Shown: positions 9,744 through 20,426 of the stretch, piece after piece | How positions within the stretch are numbered: position 1 is the first letter of the stretch | How the letters are laid out: every line of letters begins with the position of its first letter | NCBI GenBank assembly: GCA_965249485.1 | Contig: OZ252239.1 | Span: 2,144,001-2,208,000, forward strand | Source of the DNA: a bacterium | Lineage (GTDB): Bacteria > SM23-31 | DNA: 64,000 bases | Reading direction: 5' to 3' | Notes under the pieces: model-generated | The model's input: only the letters and a program-made list of their open reading frames with translations | The model's database searches: none | What the model was told of the DNA's origin: nothing | Position numbers and translations under genes: made by a program

Positions 9744-10868
9744 CTATACCACACGAAAAATCAGTGAAACAACAAACAGAACACCTGCTGTAACAGCTAA
9801 AATGACCAGGCTCTTCTGGATTGTTTTTCCTTGAGCATAATTTCCTATTGCTTTAGGGATAATTGTACCACCGAGCAGGCCTACCGCGAACATGATGGCA
9901 AAAGCACTCCCGTATAATTCCGGTGCTATTTTTGAAAAAGTATAGCCAATTACCGTTGGGAAAATCGGTCCGAAAGCAAGTCCTGTGATCAAAACACCTA
10001 CCGTTGCTGTTACTTTATTCTTAGCCATGATCATAATGAGTATGGTTGCCACAGAAACAATTGCAAGAGCAGCGATAATTATCGCACCGATTTCAGGCGA
10101 TACAAATCTTGATGTCACGAGCCTTGCAATTATGAGAGCTATCCAAAATCCTGATAATATTCCACTTGCTTTTCCGGCAGTAAAGCCAACCTCAGTAAGA
10201 TAAGAGGTAATCCATCCAGCCATGGACACTTCAAGAGCTAAATAACAAAATAATGAAAGAGAAGCGATCAATACAACAGGATTACCAAGCAAACTAAACG
10301 CACTTCCAACTCCATAACCCTCTAATTCAGGATAAGCACTTGTCCACAAAGCAAATATGATTGGTATAAGCACGATGGCACCAACAATGCTCAGCGTATT
10401 GGAAAATCCGAGTCGTTTCAGCAAAAGACCGATAAAAAAGGGAGTTAAGAATGCCCCAACACCAAAAAAAACATTTCCAAGATTGCTGGCGGCAGGCGGA
10501 TTTTGTCCGTAGAAGAGTACCATAGGTATAAGAGTATTACCGACAGTATTGACGCACATTCCCCCGATCCCTAATCCGATACAGGCTATAACTACTCCTT
10601 TGTATGAACCGGAATATGCCACCATAAAAATACTTAGTCCAGCGATCAAAAAACCAATGACAGCGATAGGTTTGTGTCCAAAAGAATCCACAAGTGGACC
10701 GATGAGAAGCACCAAGATAATGGAAGTAAACATCAGTGTTGATATCAAGCTGCCAAATTTCGCATCATCAATTTTAAGTTTCTCAGTCAGCGGTAGCTTA
10801 ATTGCTCCAAGAATAGAGATCACAATCCCTATCCCAAGCACACCAAGAATTGCTACGAGTTGAATCAT
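9744..10868 (-). CDS. MFS transporter (sugar-type)
   Basis: About 11-12 hydrophobic segments; GPLVDSFGHK motif A; FGPIFPT. Confidence 0.85.
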   Translation of the reverse strand: MIQLVAILGVLGIGIVISILGAIKLPLTEKLKIDDAKFGSLISTLMFTSIILVLLIGPLVDSFGHKPIAVIGFLIAGLSIFMVAYSGSYKGVVIACIGLGIGGMCVNTVGNTLIPMVLFYGQNPPAASNLGNVFFGVGAFLTPFFIGLLLKRLGFSNTLSIVGAIVLIPIIFALWTSAYPELEGYGVGSAFSLLGNPVVLIASLSLFCYLALEVSMAGWITSYLTEVGFTAGKASGILSGFWIALIIARLVTSRFVSPEIGAIIIAALAIVSVATILIMIMAKNKVTATVGVLITGLAFGPIFPTVIGYTFSKIAPELYGSAFAIMFAVGLLGGTIIPKAIGNYAQGKTIQKSLVILAVTAGVLFVVSLIFRVV

Positions 10869-11002
10869 ACATAAACTCCTTTCTTAAGTTATGATTCATA
10901 AAGTCTAATATATGTCATTAGGGATATTGCTATCCTAAATACATCCAAAAAATTATTGGCTTTGATCAAAATTTAAGATTTCACCCAATTTACAGCAATT
11001 TA

Positions 11003-11938
11003 TCACCAAATTACTTTGTCCGGGGTAATAACAACAGCATTATTTTTACCTGGAAATGAGCTTGGTGTACCAATGGTGACTTTACCGGTTGCAATATATT
11101 CTGTTCCCCTTGCCAGGACAGTCTGATAACCAACACAGTTAACTGCTTCACCATATGGTGCGCGTTCATCATTATAATGTCCCATCGGTATGTGAAATAT
11201 TTTGCCTTTACCATAGGTGATAAGCATCAACATGGGCTCGTTTTCCTTAGTACGGAGGGAATAGGAGTGAGCCAGTACTTCAACATTTTTTGCCGGGCCG
11301 CGAAGTGCGCTATACAGTTCATCTGTTGCGTGCATCCATTCTGTAGGGAGGCCTTTGAGGATCGGGTGAGAAGGCTGGTCGTGAATAACCTTAAATTCGC
11401 GCATTCTTCCATGTTCACCGCTGAGCCCATCATTGGGAGAAGCGGCTGTCCATTTACTATTGACCATGCGTAAAAGTGAGCCGGATTTCCCAGCTTCTCG
11501 GCCACCCCAACCACCGATGGCGATCATTTCGTTGTAAGCATCCCAGTCAGCCCAGGCGTTATCTGCCGCATGAATGGGTACAAAGCCGCCGCCTTCCCTG
11601 ACAAATCGTTCAAAATCTGCCCTTGTTTCAGACGACCAAAGAGGATCACAGCCGTCATTATCTTCACAATCGTCGTTAAAATTACTGACAACGACATCGT
11701 AATCGGAAAATTTGGGACGCCATGCATTCCACTTTTCTTTTGGAGCTCTTTTAGAGGGTGTAGTACTGACGTCGACAATGAATCGACCGGTCTGCTCAAG
11801 AGTAGCTTTAGTGGCGATAGTAGTACTTTCCCAATCGTGGTTATTTACACCATCTACGATCAGAACCTTGATCTGGTCTTGAGCGAAACTAACTGATGTC
11901 ATGAGCGATAACATTACAATAGCGAAGAAAAAATTCAT
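11003..11938 (-). CDS. ThuA-like domain secreted protein
   Basis: Signal peptide; KVLIVDGVNNHDW, IHAADN, DELY, YGKGKIFH. Confidence 0.85.
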   Translation of the reverse strand: MNFFFAIVMLSLMTSVSFAQDQIKVLIVDGVNNHDWESTTIATKATLEQTGRFIVDVSTTPSKRAPKEKWNAWRPKFSDYDVVVSNFNDDCEDNDGCDPLWSSETRADFERFVREGGGFVPIHAADNAWADWDAYNEMIAIGGWGGREAGKSGSLLRMVNSKWTAASPNDGLSGEHGRMREFKVIHDQPSHPILKGLPTEWMHATDELYSALRGPAKNVEVLAHSYSLRTKENEPMLMLITYGKGKIFHIPMGHYNDERAPYGEAVNCVGYQTVLARGTEYIATGKVTIGTPSSFPGKNNAVVITPDKVIW

Positions 11939-12237
11939 TTCAATCTTCTCTCATTAGAATAATAATTAATAAATGATAGACAGTTGTACCTTAGTTCGGA
12001 ACTACATAATGTAGAAAAAATCGAGTTATGTTAAGCATTTAATTCTAATGAATCAGTTAATACCAGAAGTATGAAAATTCTAATAGTCTGTATGCAATTT
12101 CTAAGTGGAGGGCTAATACTCATATGTATGCAATCAATTTTATCGAACTTTTCATGTTAAAAGCTAAGCGATATATTGAATTTTACCAAGTGTTTTTCCA
12201 CCAATACTTTCTGAATTACGACAGTTGTCCAATAGCG

Positions 12238-13596
12238 TTATTCTTGTTCTTTCTGATTAAGTCGATTAACATTCACTTGTCCATCTTTGACGACAATATG
12301 TCCATCACGTATGACCAGGTCTGCTTTTGATAGGTCGTCAAGGTTCATATCCGGTTTGCCGTCAATCACGAGTACATCAGCGAGTTTTCCCGGTTCTAAT
12401 GTTCCCAATTTATCACCCATATCAAGAATCTCAGCGCTTGTTTTGGTGGCCGCAACAAGAGCTTCCGAGATAGAATACCCTCCTTCAACAAAATGCTTTA
12501 ATTCTGTAATATAGCTACCGGGTAAAAGTTCTGGTCTCCCCTCTAAACCAATACCCATTTTTATCCCGACATTTCTTTGGCGCCGAAACAGATCCATCAC
12601 TGTCACATTTGATAAAGTTATCTGGTCGATGTTTGTAGGGTTTAAGATCATAGGAATGGATTCTATCCCTTGTTCTACCATTAACATGATTGTTTCTTCT
12701 GTGCGGGGTGCCATCTTCTCGACAATATCAACTCCTTCTTCAACCGCCCATTCAAGATAGTACATGCCAGTAATCCAGGATGAACTCCATGAGTGTACTC
12801 CGGCATCTACACCAACTTTTATTCCTAAAGCATGAGCTTCTTCTATGGCAGATGCAATTTCCTCTCGACTGAACATGCTGATGATGTGGATTAGATCGGC
12901 GCCCTTATTAAATTGCTCCCGTACCGATTTGCGCCAATCGTCCGGTCCATCAGCGGTGCGCTCTGAATCGACCAAGGGATTGAACGTTTGTCTTCCTTCG
13001 GTTGAGTGCCCGCCTGTGCTGGTAATGGCCTGGCCGGCAGAAAATACTCTCGGACCGGGAATTCGATTTTGGGAGACAAATTCTTTTAATCGAAATGGTA
13101 TTTCCCCATGTGATGCAGCATCACGAATGCTTGTAACACCGCTCTGGATATAGTAGCCAAGTCGTTCAACCGCTGTAAGGGTATGTATTGGGCCATAATT
13201 AATTCGTGGAATAATTTCTGTTATATGAGTATGGAGATCAATAAGACCCGGCATAATTGTTTTGCCTGAAACATCAATCACTTGGGTATCTCTGGGCCAA
13301 GCTGTTGAACCGGATGGTAAAATCTCCTTAATTTTGTTCCGTTCAATGACAATAGATCCACTATGGACTGCTGTACCTGTCCCATCAAAAATCCGCCCTC
13401 CAGTTAAAACCAGCCTACTGTCGGGTCCTTGCTGATCAGACGGTATAGGAATTCGTCTGGGGTCATTGGAAGTTGTTGCATTTTCGTTGAGCCATGTTCT
13501 TCGGTCTTGTGGTTTCTCCTGACCAAGAGCAAAACCACACAATGTTAATATACTGACAAGACAGAATAAACTTGACGATGTTAGTAATTTTTTCAT
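12238..13596 (-). CDS. Amidohydrolase family protein, secreted (start re-called at MKKLL, 13596)
   Basis: PGLIDLHTH, GVTSIRD, GPRVFSAG, LGTLEPGKLADVLVIDG; CAGGAG RBS upstream of 13596. Confidence 0.85.
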   Translation of the reverse strand: MKKLLTSSSLFCLVSILTLCGFALGQEKPQDRRTWLNENATTSNDPRRIPIPSDQQGPDSRLVLTGGRIFDGTGTAVHSGSIVIERNKIKEILPSGSTAWPRDTQVIDVSGKTIMPGLIDLHTHITEIIPRINYGPIHTLTAVERLGYYIQSGVTSIRDAASHGEIPFRLKEFVSQNRIPGPRVFSAGQAITSTGGHSTEGRQTFNPLVDSERTADGPDDWRKSVREQFNKGADLIHIISMFSREEIASAIEEAHALGIKVGVDAGVHSWSSSWITGMYYLEWAVEEGVDIVEKMAPRTEETIMLMVEQGIESIPMILNPTNIDQITLSNVTVMDLFRRQRNVGIKMGIGLEGRPELLPGSYITELKHFVEGGYSISEALVAATKTSAEILDMGDKLGTLEPGKLADVLVIDGKPDMNLDDLSKADLVIRDGHIVVKDGQVNVNRLNQKEQE

Positions 13597-13881
13597 GCTT
13601 AACATCTCCTGTTTTTTATACAATAAATCGGATACTTTAAAAAATGTCAGTACACCCGTAGTCCTGACAAGTATTTTCTCAGTTGCAGACGGTTCGATTT
13701 CTACCATCAAACACCTTGTTTAACAGTTCCAAACGTGTATATATGATTGAAAATGAATCAAACTTTTCTTGCATGTTAAGAACGATTTTCAAAACCTAAA
13801 AGAGAGTTTGAAGTATTAGCAAAACTGAGCAATACCGAAATGTGATTACGATAGAATTTAAGAATTAGTTAATGTTTTGAG

Positions 13882-14154
13882 TCACACCAATTTTTTTAAT
13901 ATATATTTTGGAAAAAAATCCGTTTTGAAGGTGAGGAAGTTACCTTGGTAAAAAAATTTGATATTACTTTTGAAAGATAGTCTATAAGTAACTGCACAAA
14001 TCAACTCATCTAAAACGGTATAAAGTTTTTCATTTTGTACCAGCCGGAAAACTTCTGAACTGGTTTTTACCGTATGTACACCCGGTTGTGCATTGGCAAA
14101 AGGGACGGTAAATATCACAAATAATATAAATACCAATACTTGCGATATCATCAT
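13882..14154 (-). CDS. Small hypothetical secreted protein, possibly a truncated remnant
   Basis: GGGAG RBS and a clean signal peptide (..PFANA|Q); the 3' half drifts into AT-rich low-information sequence. Confidence 0.35.
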   Translation of the reverse strand: MMISQVLVFILFVIFTVPFANAQPGVHTVKTSSEVFRLVQNEKLYTVLDELICAVTYRLSFKSNIKFFYQGNFLTFKTDFFPKYILKKLV

Positions 14155-14195
14155 GTTCTCCCTAGTTGGTTTAGAATGTTTTTTTTAAGAGGATC

Positions 14196-15884
14196 TCATT
14201 GTATAATCCAGACAAATACACCGATTAACAATCCTACGGCCACCCAGGATACAAGAAAGCCTACTACACTAACAAGAGACGGTTTCATAATCTCAAAATC
14301 GGGATGGTTTATGAGTACCGAGCGAGGAGCCGGTTTTATACCTTCAGGAAGCGTAAGCGGTTCGACTTCTGGCTCACCCGGCAGGACCGGAGTACGGAGA
14401 CATTCATAAACTTGATCAAGTGTCTCTTTATCCTGTGGTTTTGTAAACAGACTCACAACCACCATGACAACCAGCCCTACTGTCAAATAGAAAATCATCT
14501 GCCACGGCAGAGAAAGTACACCGTCATACAACATAAAATCCGGGAGGAAGCGGGCAAAATGAGCATTAAAGTCCCAGCCAATGAAATCGATCGTGCTTAT
14601 GAAAAACCATGTGGCAAAACTACTCAATGTTGAAGCCCAGGCTGCGGCAGCAGTCGCTTTTCTCCAGAAAAAACTTGCCCATATAGCGATTCCCATCATT
14701 GCATACACTTTCCAGATAACTTCTAAACCTTGTACTACACCCGTAATAGCGAATGCTACGATAATGCCAAAGATAACAACAACAACAGATGCAATTCTCC
14801 CTATTAAAATATAATGTTTATCATTTTGGTTCGGCTTGATCAAAGGTTTATAAATATTTTCCGTGAACAATGCGGCGGATGAAACCATAAAGCAATCACA
14901 TGAACTCATGACCGCTGCAAGCATGGAAGCGACAAATACTCCGATGAGACCCGGTGCTATATTTGGCAGAAAATCACGTCCGAGGAATCCCCAAACAAAG
15001 TCCGGATTGACGGATGTGCCTGTGTATATGCCTATACCGCATAGACCTGTCAGAACCCATGCGATCGTGCATATTCGCTTGAGAAACATTCCGCAGACAA
15101 GTCCTACTCTCGAATCAAACTCGCTTTTGCCAGCACCGCACATTGCCATGGAATATGGAGCTGTAACCCAGCCAATAAGTCCATTTAAAGCGATTACTAT
15201 AATATACAGTGTTGTGATCTCACCGGGAGTCACGATCTCGAACATTGAGGGATCATTGACAATTGTTTTTAATCCTTCCAAACCTCCCACTGCACTGAGC
15301 ACAAACGGTAAAATCATAAAGGAGAGCACGAAGGTTAATATACCCTGAATAAAATCGGTGATAATTGCTGCTTTCAATCCACCGAGCACACCGTAAAATA
15401 CAAACAGACCTGTCAGTGCAAATATTGCGAGAGCAGTGCTGATTGCACCATCGGTTACAGCTGTAATAAGTGCACTTGATGCCCTGAGCGTTACACCAAT
15501 ATTGACTGATAATTGTGCCATGCCGACCAGAGCGAAAAGGACGGCGACACTCTGACCATAACGTTTGAATAAATAATCTGCAGTTGTTACCGCTCTCATA
15601 CGCCTGAATAGCAGAGCCAGTAACCAGTAGAACGGTGTGGCAAACAACCATAACCACTGATACCAGATTCCCGAAGCCCCGGACACGAACGTCTTTGACA
15701 CGACGGTGACAGCCTGATCAGTATTAGTCCCCGTTCCGAAGTTAAAGAACGTCATCATGGTCTTTCCGAAATTACGCTCACTGATAAAAAAGCTTGAAGC
15801 TGTTTTTATCTTTCTGGCAGACCAGACTCCAATCACCACTAAACTGCTTAGATATACAATAATGACGAGCCAATCAATAAGCAT
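14196..15884 (-). CDS. Sodium:solute symporter (SSS) family protein
   Basis: 13-14 TM segments; GGLKAAIITDFIQG and LAAVMSSCD motifs. Confidence 0.92.
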   Translation of the reverse strand: MLIDWLVIIVYLSSLVVIGVWSARKIKTASSFFISERNFGKTMMTFFNFGTGTNTDQAVTVVSKTFVSGASGIWYQWLWLFATPFYWLLALLFRRMRAVTTADYLFKRYGQSVAVLFALVGMAQLSVNIGVTLRASSALITAVTDGAISTALAIFALTGLFVFYGVLGGLKAAIITDFIQGILTFVLSFMILPFVLSAVGGLEGLKTIVNDPSMFEIVTPGEITTLYIIVIALNGLIGWVTAPYSMAMCGAGKSEFDSRVGLVCGMFLKRICTIAWVLTGLCGIGIYTGTSVNPDFVWGFLGRDFLPNIAPGLIGVFVASMLAAVMSSCDCFMVSSAALFTENIYKPLIKPNQNDKHYILIGRIASVVVVIFGIIVAFAITGVVQGLEVIWKVYAMMGIAIWASFFWRKATAAAAWASTLSSFATWFFISTIDFIGWDFNAHFARFLPDFMLYDGVLSLPWQMIFYLTVGLVVMVVVSLFTKPQDKETLDQVYECLRTPVLPGEPEVEPLTLPEGIKPAPRSVLINHPDFEIMKPSLVSVVGFLVSWVAVGLLIGVFVWIIQ

Positions 15885-16220
15885 AATCAGATTTTTCCCT
15901 TACCGATATTCTGTATTCCATTAAACACCTACATTCCGATTATCCACTATATCAATTCTAATAATAGAAAACAAAATGGGTTTGTGTTGAAATGTGACGT
16001 TTTGTTTAGATGTGGTGTGTTTGGTTTGCTTGTATTGGGAATAGTATATAAATAATAACGTATGAATTGTGTAATTACAAGTTTTTTCTCCTGTAATTCG
16101 ACTATACAATTTATTAAACATGCATAAGCAAGTTGAAGGTGTCTCCAATATTAATTTCTTTGTAGATGAAGAAGAACTGTGATGAATTCTCCGTCTCAAT
16201 AGATTTTTCCCGGACGAATA

Positions 16221-16253
16221 ATAAAAGCCGCATATTTAGTATGCGGCTTTTAT
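16221..16253. terminator. Intrinsic terminator (symmetrical)
   Basis: ATAAAAGCCGCATA-tttag-TATGCGGCTTTTAT downstream of the minus-strand Gfo pseudogene. Confidence 0.75.
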
Positions 16254-16347
16254 ACTGTACTGTATAATACTTTACTTACAGATCACATCCAGATGATCGT
16301 TTAGTGATCCGGATTAATATGGCTCGATAATTTCAAAAATTATAGAC

Positions 16348-17771
16348 CTATAATCCCCAGCCTTCTCGAAATTCGGGCTTAATGTATCTATCGGCCTCCG
16401 GTACATTGGTAGCCTTCATGTTCTGACTGTCCCAATACAATTTTTTCCGGGTGCGCAGCGCAACGGTACCGAGTAATACTGTGTCCAGAGTAATCGAAAC
16501 CGCCATGGACTTGCTTATTGCTCTTGATGGCGTCTATCCAACCCTTATGATGTCCATCGAGGCGGGGGATGATCTCGGGTGGCCGCTTGTAAGCCTTCAT
16601 TTTTGACTCGGGCACTAATCGTGGAGTTCCTGCCCAGCCGCCAGCCATGATTACGCCTTCGTCGCCTACGAAATAGATGCCGCCGCCGAATCTACGACCG
16701 TCTTCCAGCTCTTTTTGCCGTGGGGGTCTGAGACCGCCGCTATGCCAATGCATTGTGACGGGTTGCCGATTTCCTCGGGCGGGAAATTCGTAGTGATAAA
16801 TGGCGCCTGCAGGTACTGTTTCATCAGTGAATTGGGTCGCACTAGCTTCGATGTTGGTGGGGGCTCCAAGGTCGAGTGCCCAAAAGGCGGGATCCAGATT
16901 ATGGCAGGCCATATCGCCGATGCATGCGCTACCGAAATCCCACCAACCGCGCCAGTTGTACGGCGCATAGTCGGGATGGTAGGGTCGATAAGCGGGAGGT
17001 CCGAGCCAAAGATCCCAATTCCAACCTTCCGGTACGGGGGGCGTTTCATGTGGTCTTGCACTGCGGGTAAGCCATGACAATCCACCAGCGCTATCGCTGC
17101 CATGGACTTCGCGTACCGTTCCGATTGCCCCATCCCGAATCCATTCAACGGTCAACCTGATTCCTTCTTCAGAGTGGCCGTGGTTGCCCATTTGTGTGAT
17201 TACGCCAGCTTTTCTGGCGGCTTCGGTTACGAGACGGGTTTCGTAAATTGAATGGGCTAAAGGTTTTTCGCAGTACACATGCTTGCCCTTTTCGATGGCC
17301 ACCAGGCAAACCGCCGCATGCAGGTGGTCAGGAGGTGGACACCACGACGGCATCAATGTTATTTCCATTATCAGCATCTCACGGTAATCTTCATAGCCGG
17401 TACACCCTTTAAAAGTACCTGAATTTAGCCCGATCGGAATAACGGTGTTCCACATTCCGCAATGCGTCATCAAGACCGGCGGTAGCTCCGAATTCTTGTC
17501 TGCTGTAGTCAACAATTTTTGCGACGTCACATACAGCGACAACCTCGACATCATCAAGGTTCATTAATTCATTAAGATTCCCCATACCTTGGTCACCCAC
17601 GCCGATAAAGGCCAAATTGACCTTCTCATTCGGTGTTGTATGCGAAAGCCCCCCCATGACAGAACGAGGTACAATCGTGAATGCAGCAGCTGCTGCTGCG
17701 GAGCTGGATATAAATTTTCGTCGGTTTATTTTTCGACTCTGCTTTCCGACATATTTTCCATTATTTTTCAT
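16348..17771 (-). pseudogene. Disrupted Tat-type Gfo/Idh/MocA oxidoreductase (four apparent indels)
   Basis: N-terminus in ORF 17409-17771 (NRRKFI, AFIGVGDQG). Frame change near 17425. Compensating pair near 17372/17333, where the other frame gives DNGNNIDAVVVST-PDH. Deletion near 16480, after which another frame gives VLLGTVALRTRKKLYWDSQNMKATNVPEADRYIKPEFREGWGL* ending at 16348. Confidence 0.85.
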
Positions 17772-17906
17772 GTTTTAACGCTCCTTCTCGCAAATGCAAA
17801 TGTTTGATTAGCATTAATCGATGATTTCCTCATCTCTTCCTGAGTAGACGTCTGTACAAATAAATTAATAAATGGATTTTTTTGTATTTTTGGGAACAAT
17901 TTTAAA

Positions 17907-19280
17907 TTATTTAATCAAGTACCACTCAGTCTCTCGACCACCTGGAAATTCCATACCACGCGGTGTAAACATCATAGCTGTCTCTGAGAATACTATAATT
18001 CTCTGACCATCCCATTCCGGGACATTGTATTCTATATCCAATTCCATAGCAAAGAGTGTATTGTATTGTAGAGGACTTCTTCTTCGATTTCTTCTCTCGG
18101 TTGAGGAACTTATTCCTGATCCGGCAGAGTGTACTTCTTGTGAGAAGAACCCACCAAGAATTCCATATCGCATGAAATAGTAAGCGAGAGAGTGGGCGTA
18201 GATCTTAGCTTTAATACCTTCCTGTTGGGCTCGTTCCACAGCTGCGATACCAATCTCGTTTCCATCGCGTCCAAGCCTCATTTCTTCACCGACCAAATCC
18301 TGAAACCTGACAATGTGCCGCCGTGCTTCTTTGATACCTTCGGGGGCATCGGTTTCTCCTTCTTTCAAGACATAGGCCGATTGTTGGGTATCAGTATAAA
18401 GTCCAAGGTACTTTATTCCCGTGTCGCAAAATATAAGATCTCCTCTTCTGATGATTGTATTCAATCCACATCTGGGTGAAGCGTCTTTTACAAAACGCTT
18501 GTCAAAAATTCTGAAATATTCGTCATCATCTTCGTATTTTTCTCGTTCGGCCATGCTTCTTTGAACCGTAATTGTAGGGTGGTCCAATGTGCCTATACCC
18601 AAATCAGCATACCTTTGCCTTATCCACCAGTTTAAGTCATCTGTCGTAGTAACATCCGGAATAACGACACGATTTGAAAAAGCTTCTGCAATAATCTCAT
18701 GGGCAAGCCGAACAACATGCTTAAAAACACTAAGTTCCTCAGGTGTCCGCGTACCCAACCATCGATTGGTTAGAATACCTGCAGATACAATGCGAGATGC
18801 AAATTTCTCACCTATCTCCTGCTTCAATTCCGCTTCCTCTGGTTCAGGGAATGTACGGTTACGTGACCTGCCTTCTGTTAAGTTAATTCCTATTTTTTTC
18901 GGATTTCTATTCCTTATGATATCAGTAATGTCATCAAACTCGCCGGATAACCGTTCGATAGTAGACTCATTCCCTTTATCAAAAAATATGAGATAGGAGG
19001 GTGTGATGGGAACATGCCCATATTTTTCCGATTCCACGAGTGAAAGGTAAAGATGACCTTCACCTTCACTGACTATCCACATATCAATTTCAGTTTCTCG
19101 CATCACCTGCGGAAGAATAGTTTCTTGTTTTTGCTTCAACAAGCGATTCATAAGAACTGCTTGTTGCCGTCTGGTCAAAATGCTTTTATTGTCTTCTACT
19201 AAATCAATTCCAGAATCTTGGGCATAATTAGAACTACTTAATGACAATAATAATGCGATTATAATCAGTTTTGATCTCAT
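17907..19280 (-). CDS. M24 family metallopeptidase (Xaa-Pro aminopeptidase-like), secreted
   Basis: Signal peptide; HEIIAEAFSNRVVIPDVTTTDD, RRGDLIFCDTGIKYLGLYTDTQQ. Confidence 0.85.
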   Translation of the reverse strand: MRSKLIIIALLLSLSSSNYAQDSGIDLVEDNKSILTRRQQAVLMNRLLKQKQETILPQVMRETEIDMWIVSEGEGHLYLSLVESEKYGHVPITPSYLIFFDKGNESTIERLSGEFDDITDIIRNRNPKKIGINLTEGRSRNRTFPEPEEAELKQEIGEKFASRIVSAGILTNRWLGTRTPEELSVFKHVVRLAHEIIAEAFSNRVVIPDVTTTDDLNWWIRQRYADLGIGTLDHPTITVQRSMAEREKYEDDDEYFRIFDKRFVKDASPRCGLNTIIRRGDLIFCDTGIKYLGLYTDTQQSAYVLKEGETDAPEGIKEARRHIVRFQDLVGEEMRLGRDGNEIGIAAVERAQQEGIKAKIYAHSLAYYFMRYGILGGFFSQEVHSAGSGISSSTERRNRRRSPLQYNTLFAMELDIEYNVPEWDGQRIIVFSETAMMFTPRGMEFPGGRETEWYLIK

Positions 19281-19603
19281 TTTTCATCTCCTAATAAGTT
19301 TAGCAAGTATTACTCTGATTGTCGTTCATCATGCAAATATGATCCATTTTTCATTTTAGGCTGATTTTCTCCTATCAATACTCTAAACAAAGATTAATCG
19401 GGACTTCGTTGAATTATGATACTATATTTTCATCTAGCGTATGTCGTCAGAAAAAGTCGGACACTTTAAATTAAAATTAAGAGATTCAATTAGTTTTTCA
19501 AAGTGTTTTCTGCTCTTGATGCTGAAAAAATAGATTGATTGTAATTCCAGTAATTGCTATTTTTTACCCGGTAAATTTGAATGTCAATAATTATGATAAT
19601 ATA

Positions 19604-20362
19604 ATGGATATCAGTTCAGAACAACAGCAATTTGCATTTTCCAAAATAAACAAAACGGTATTCAAGCTGGTGAAAGAATTTCTTCCCGGAGGTAAGATTC
19701 TTGAATTGGGTTCGGGTGAAGGCGGTTTAACTTACCATTTGAAACAGGCAGGTTTTGATGTGACTGCTTCTGATCTTGATCCTGATAATTTTCGTGTTGA
19801 AGGGGTTGAGTGCCTGAAAATTGATTTGGAAAAGAAATTCGATGTTCCTGATAATAGTTTTGATGGTGTTATATCTGTCGAGGCTATAGAGCATCTTGAA
19901 GACCATTTTTCATTCATCCGGGAGTGCAATAGAATTCTCAAACCCGGTGGACTGTTAATTGTGACTACTCCAAATATTCTCAATATGGCTTCTCGTATCA
20001 GATTCTTCTTAACCGGTTTCTTTACCTACAACACAAGACCGAACAGTGAATTTGAGCGATTACCAATATATCAGCATATTAATCCTATCAATTATTATAA
20101 CCTTAGATATATTTTGCATACAAATGGATTTACCATACAATCAGTCCCGACTGACCGATATCGAAGCAGTGCGCTTTGGCTTTTTTTCTGGTTTCCGATT
20201 CTTTATCCCTTCACATTCTGGACTATGAGAGGAAACACTGATCCCCGTATGAAACAAGTCAACCAGGATATTGCCAGGCAAATTCTTACGAAAGAACTTC
20301 TCTATGGCAGAACACTGATCACAGTATCCCGGAAAACAATTTCAGAGGTCGAACGACAATAA
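19604..20362 (+). CDS. Class I SAM-dependent methyltransferase
   Basis: ILELGSGEG motif I, EAIEHLED, RILKPGGLLIVTTPN; ATG at 19604 preferred over TTG at 19535. Confidence 0.9.
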   Translation: MDISSEQQQFAFSKINKTVFKLVKEFLPGGKILELGSGEGGLTYHLKQAGFDVTASDLDPDNFRVEGVECLKIDLEKKFDVPDNSFDGVISVEAIEHLEDHFSFIRECNRILKPGGLLIVTTPNILNMASRIRFFLTGFFTYNTRPNSEFERLPIYQHINPINYYNLRYILHTNGFTIQSVPTDRYRSSALWLFFWFPILYPFTFWTMRGNTDPRMKQVNQDIARQILTKELLYGRTLITVSRKTISEVERQ

Positions 20363-20389
20363 AAAAAGGGAAAACACTTGTTTTCCCTT
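20361..20389 (-). terminator. Intrinsic terminator between convergent genes
   Basis: A7 followed by GGGAAAACA..TGTTTTCCC hairpin. Confidence 0.7.
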
Positions 20390-20426
20390 AAATCTTTGAA
20401 ATCCTACTAATTTTACAAACTAACAT

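Noticed and set aside
13680..13710. GGTTCGATTTC resembling a tRNA T-loop or attachment site
   Set aside because: No T-stem, acceptor stem or cloverleaf could be built, and there is no integrase nearby.
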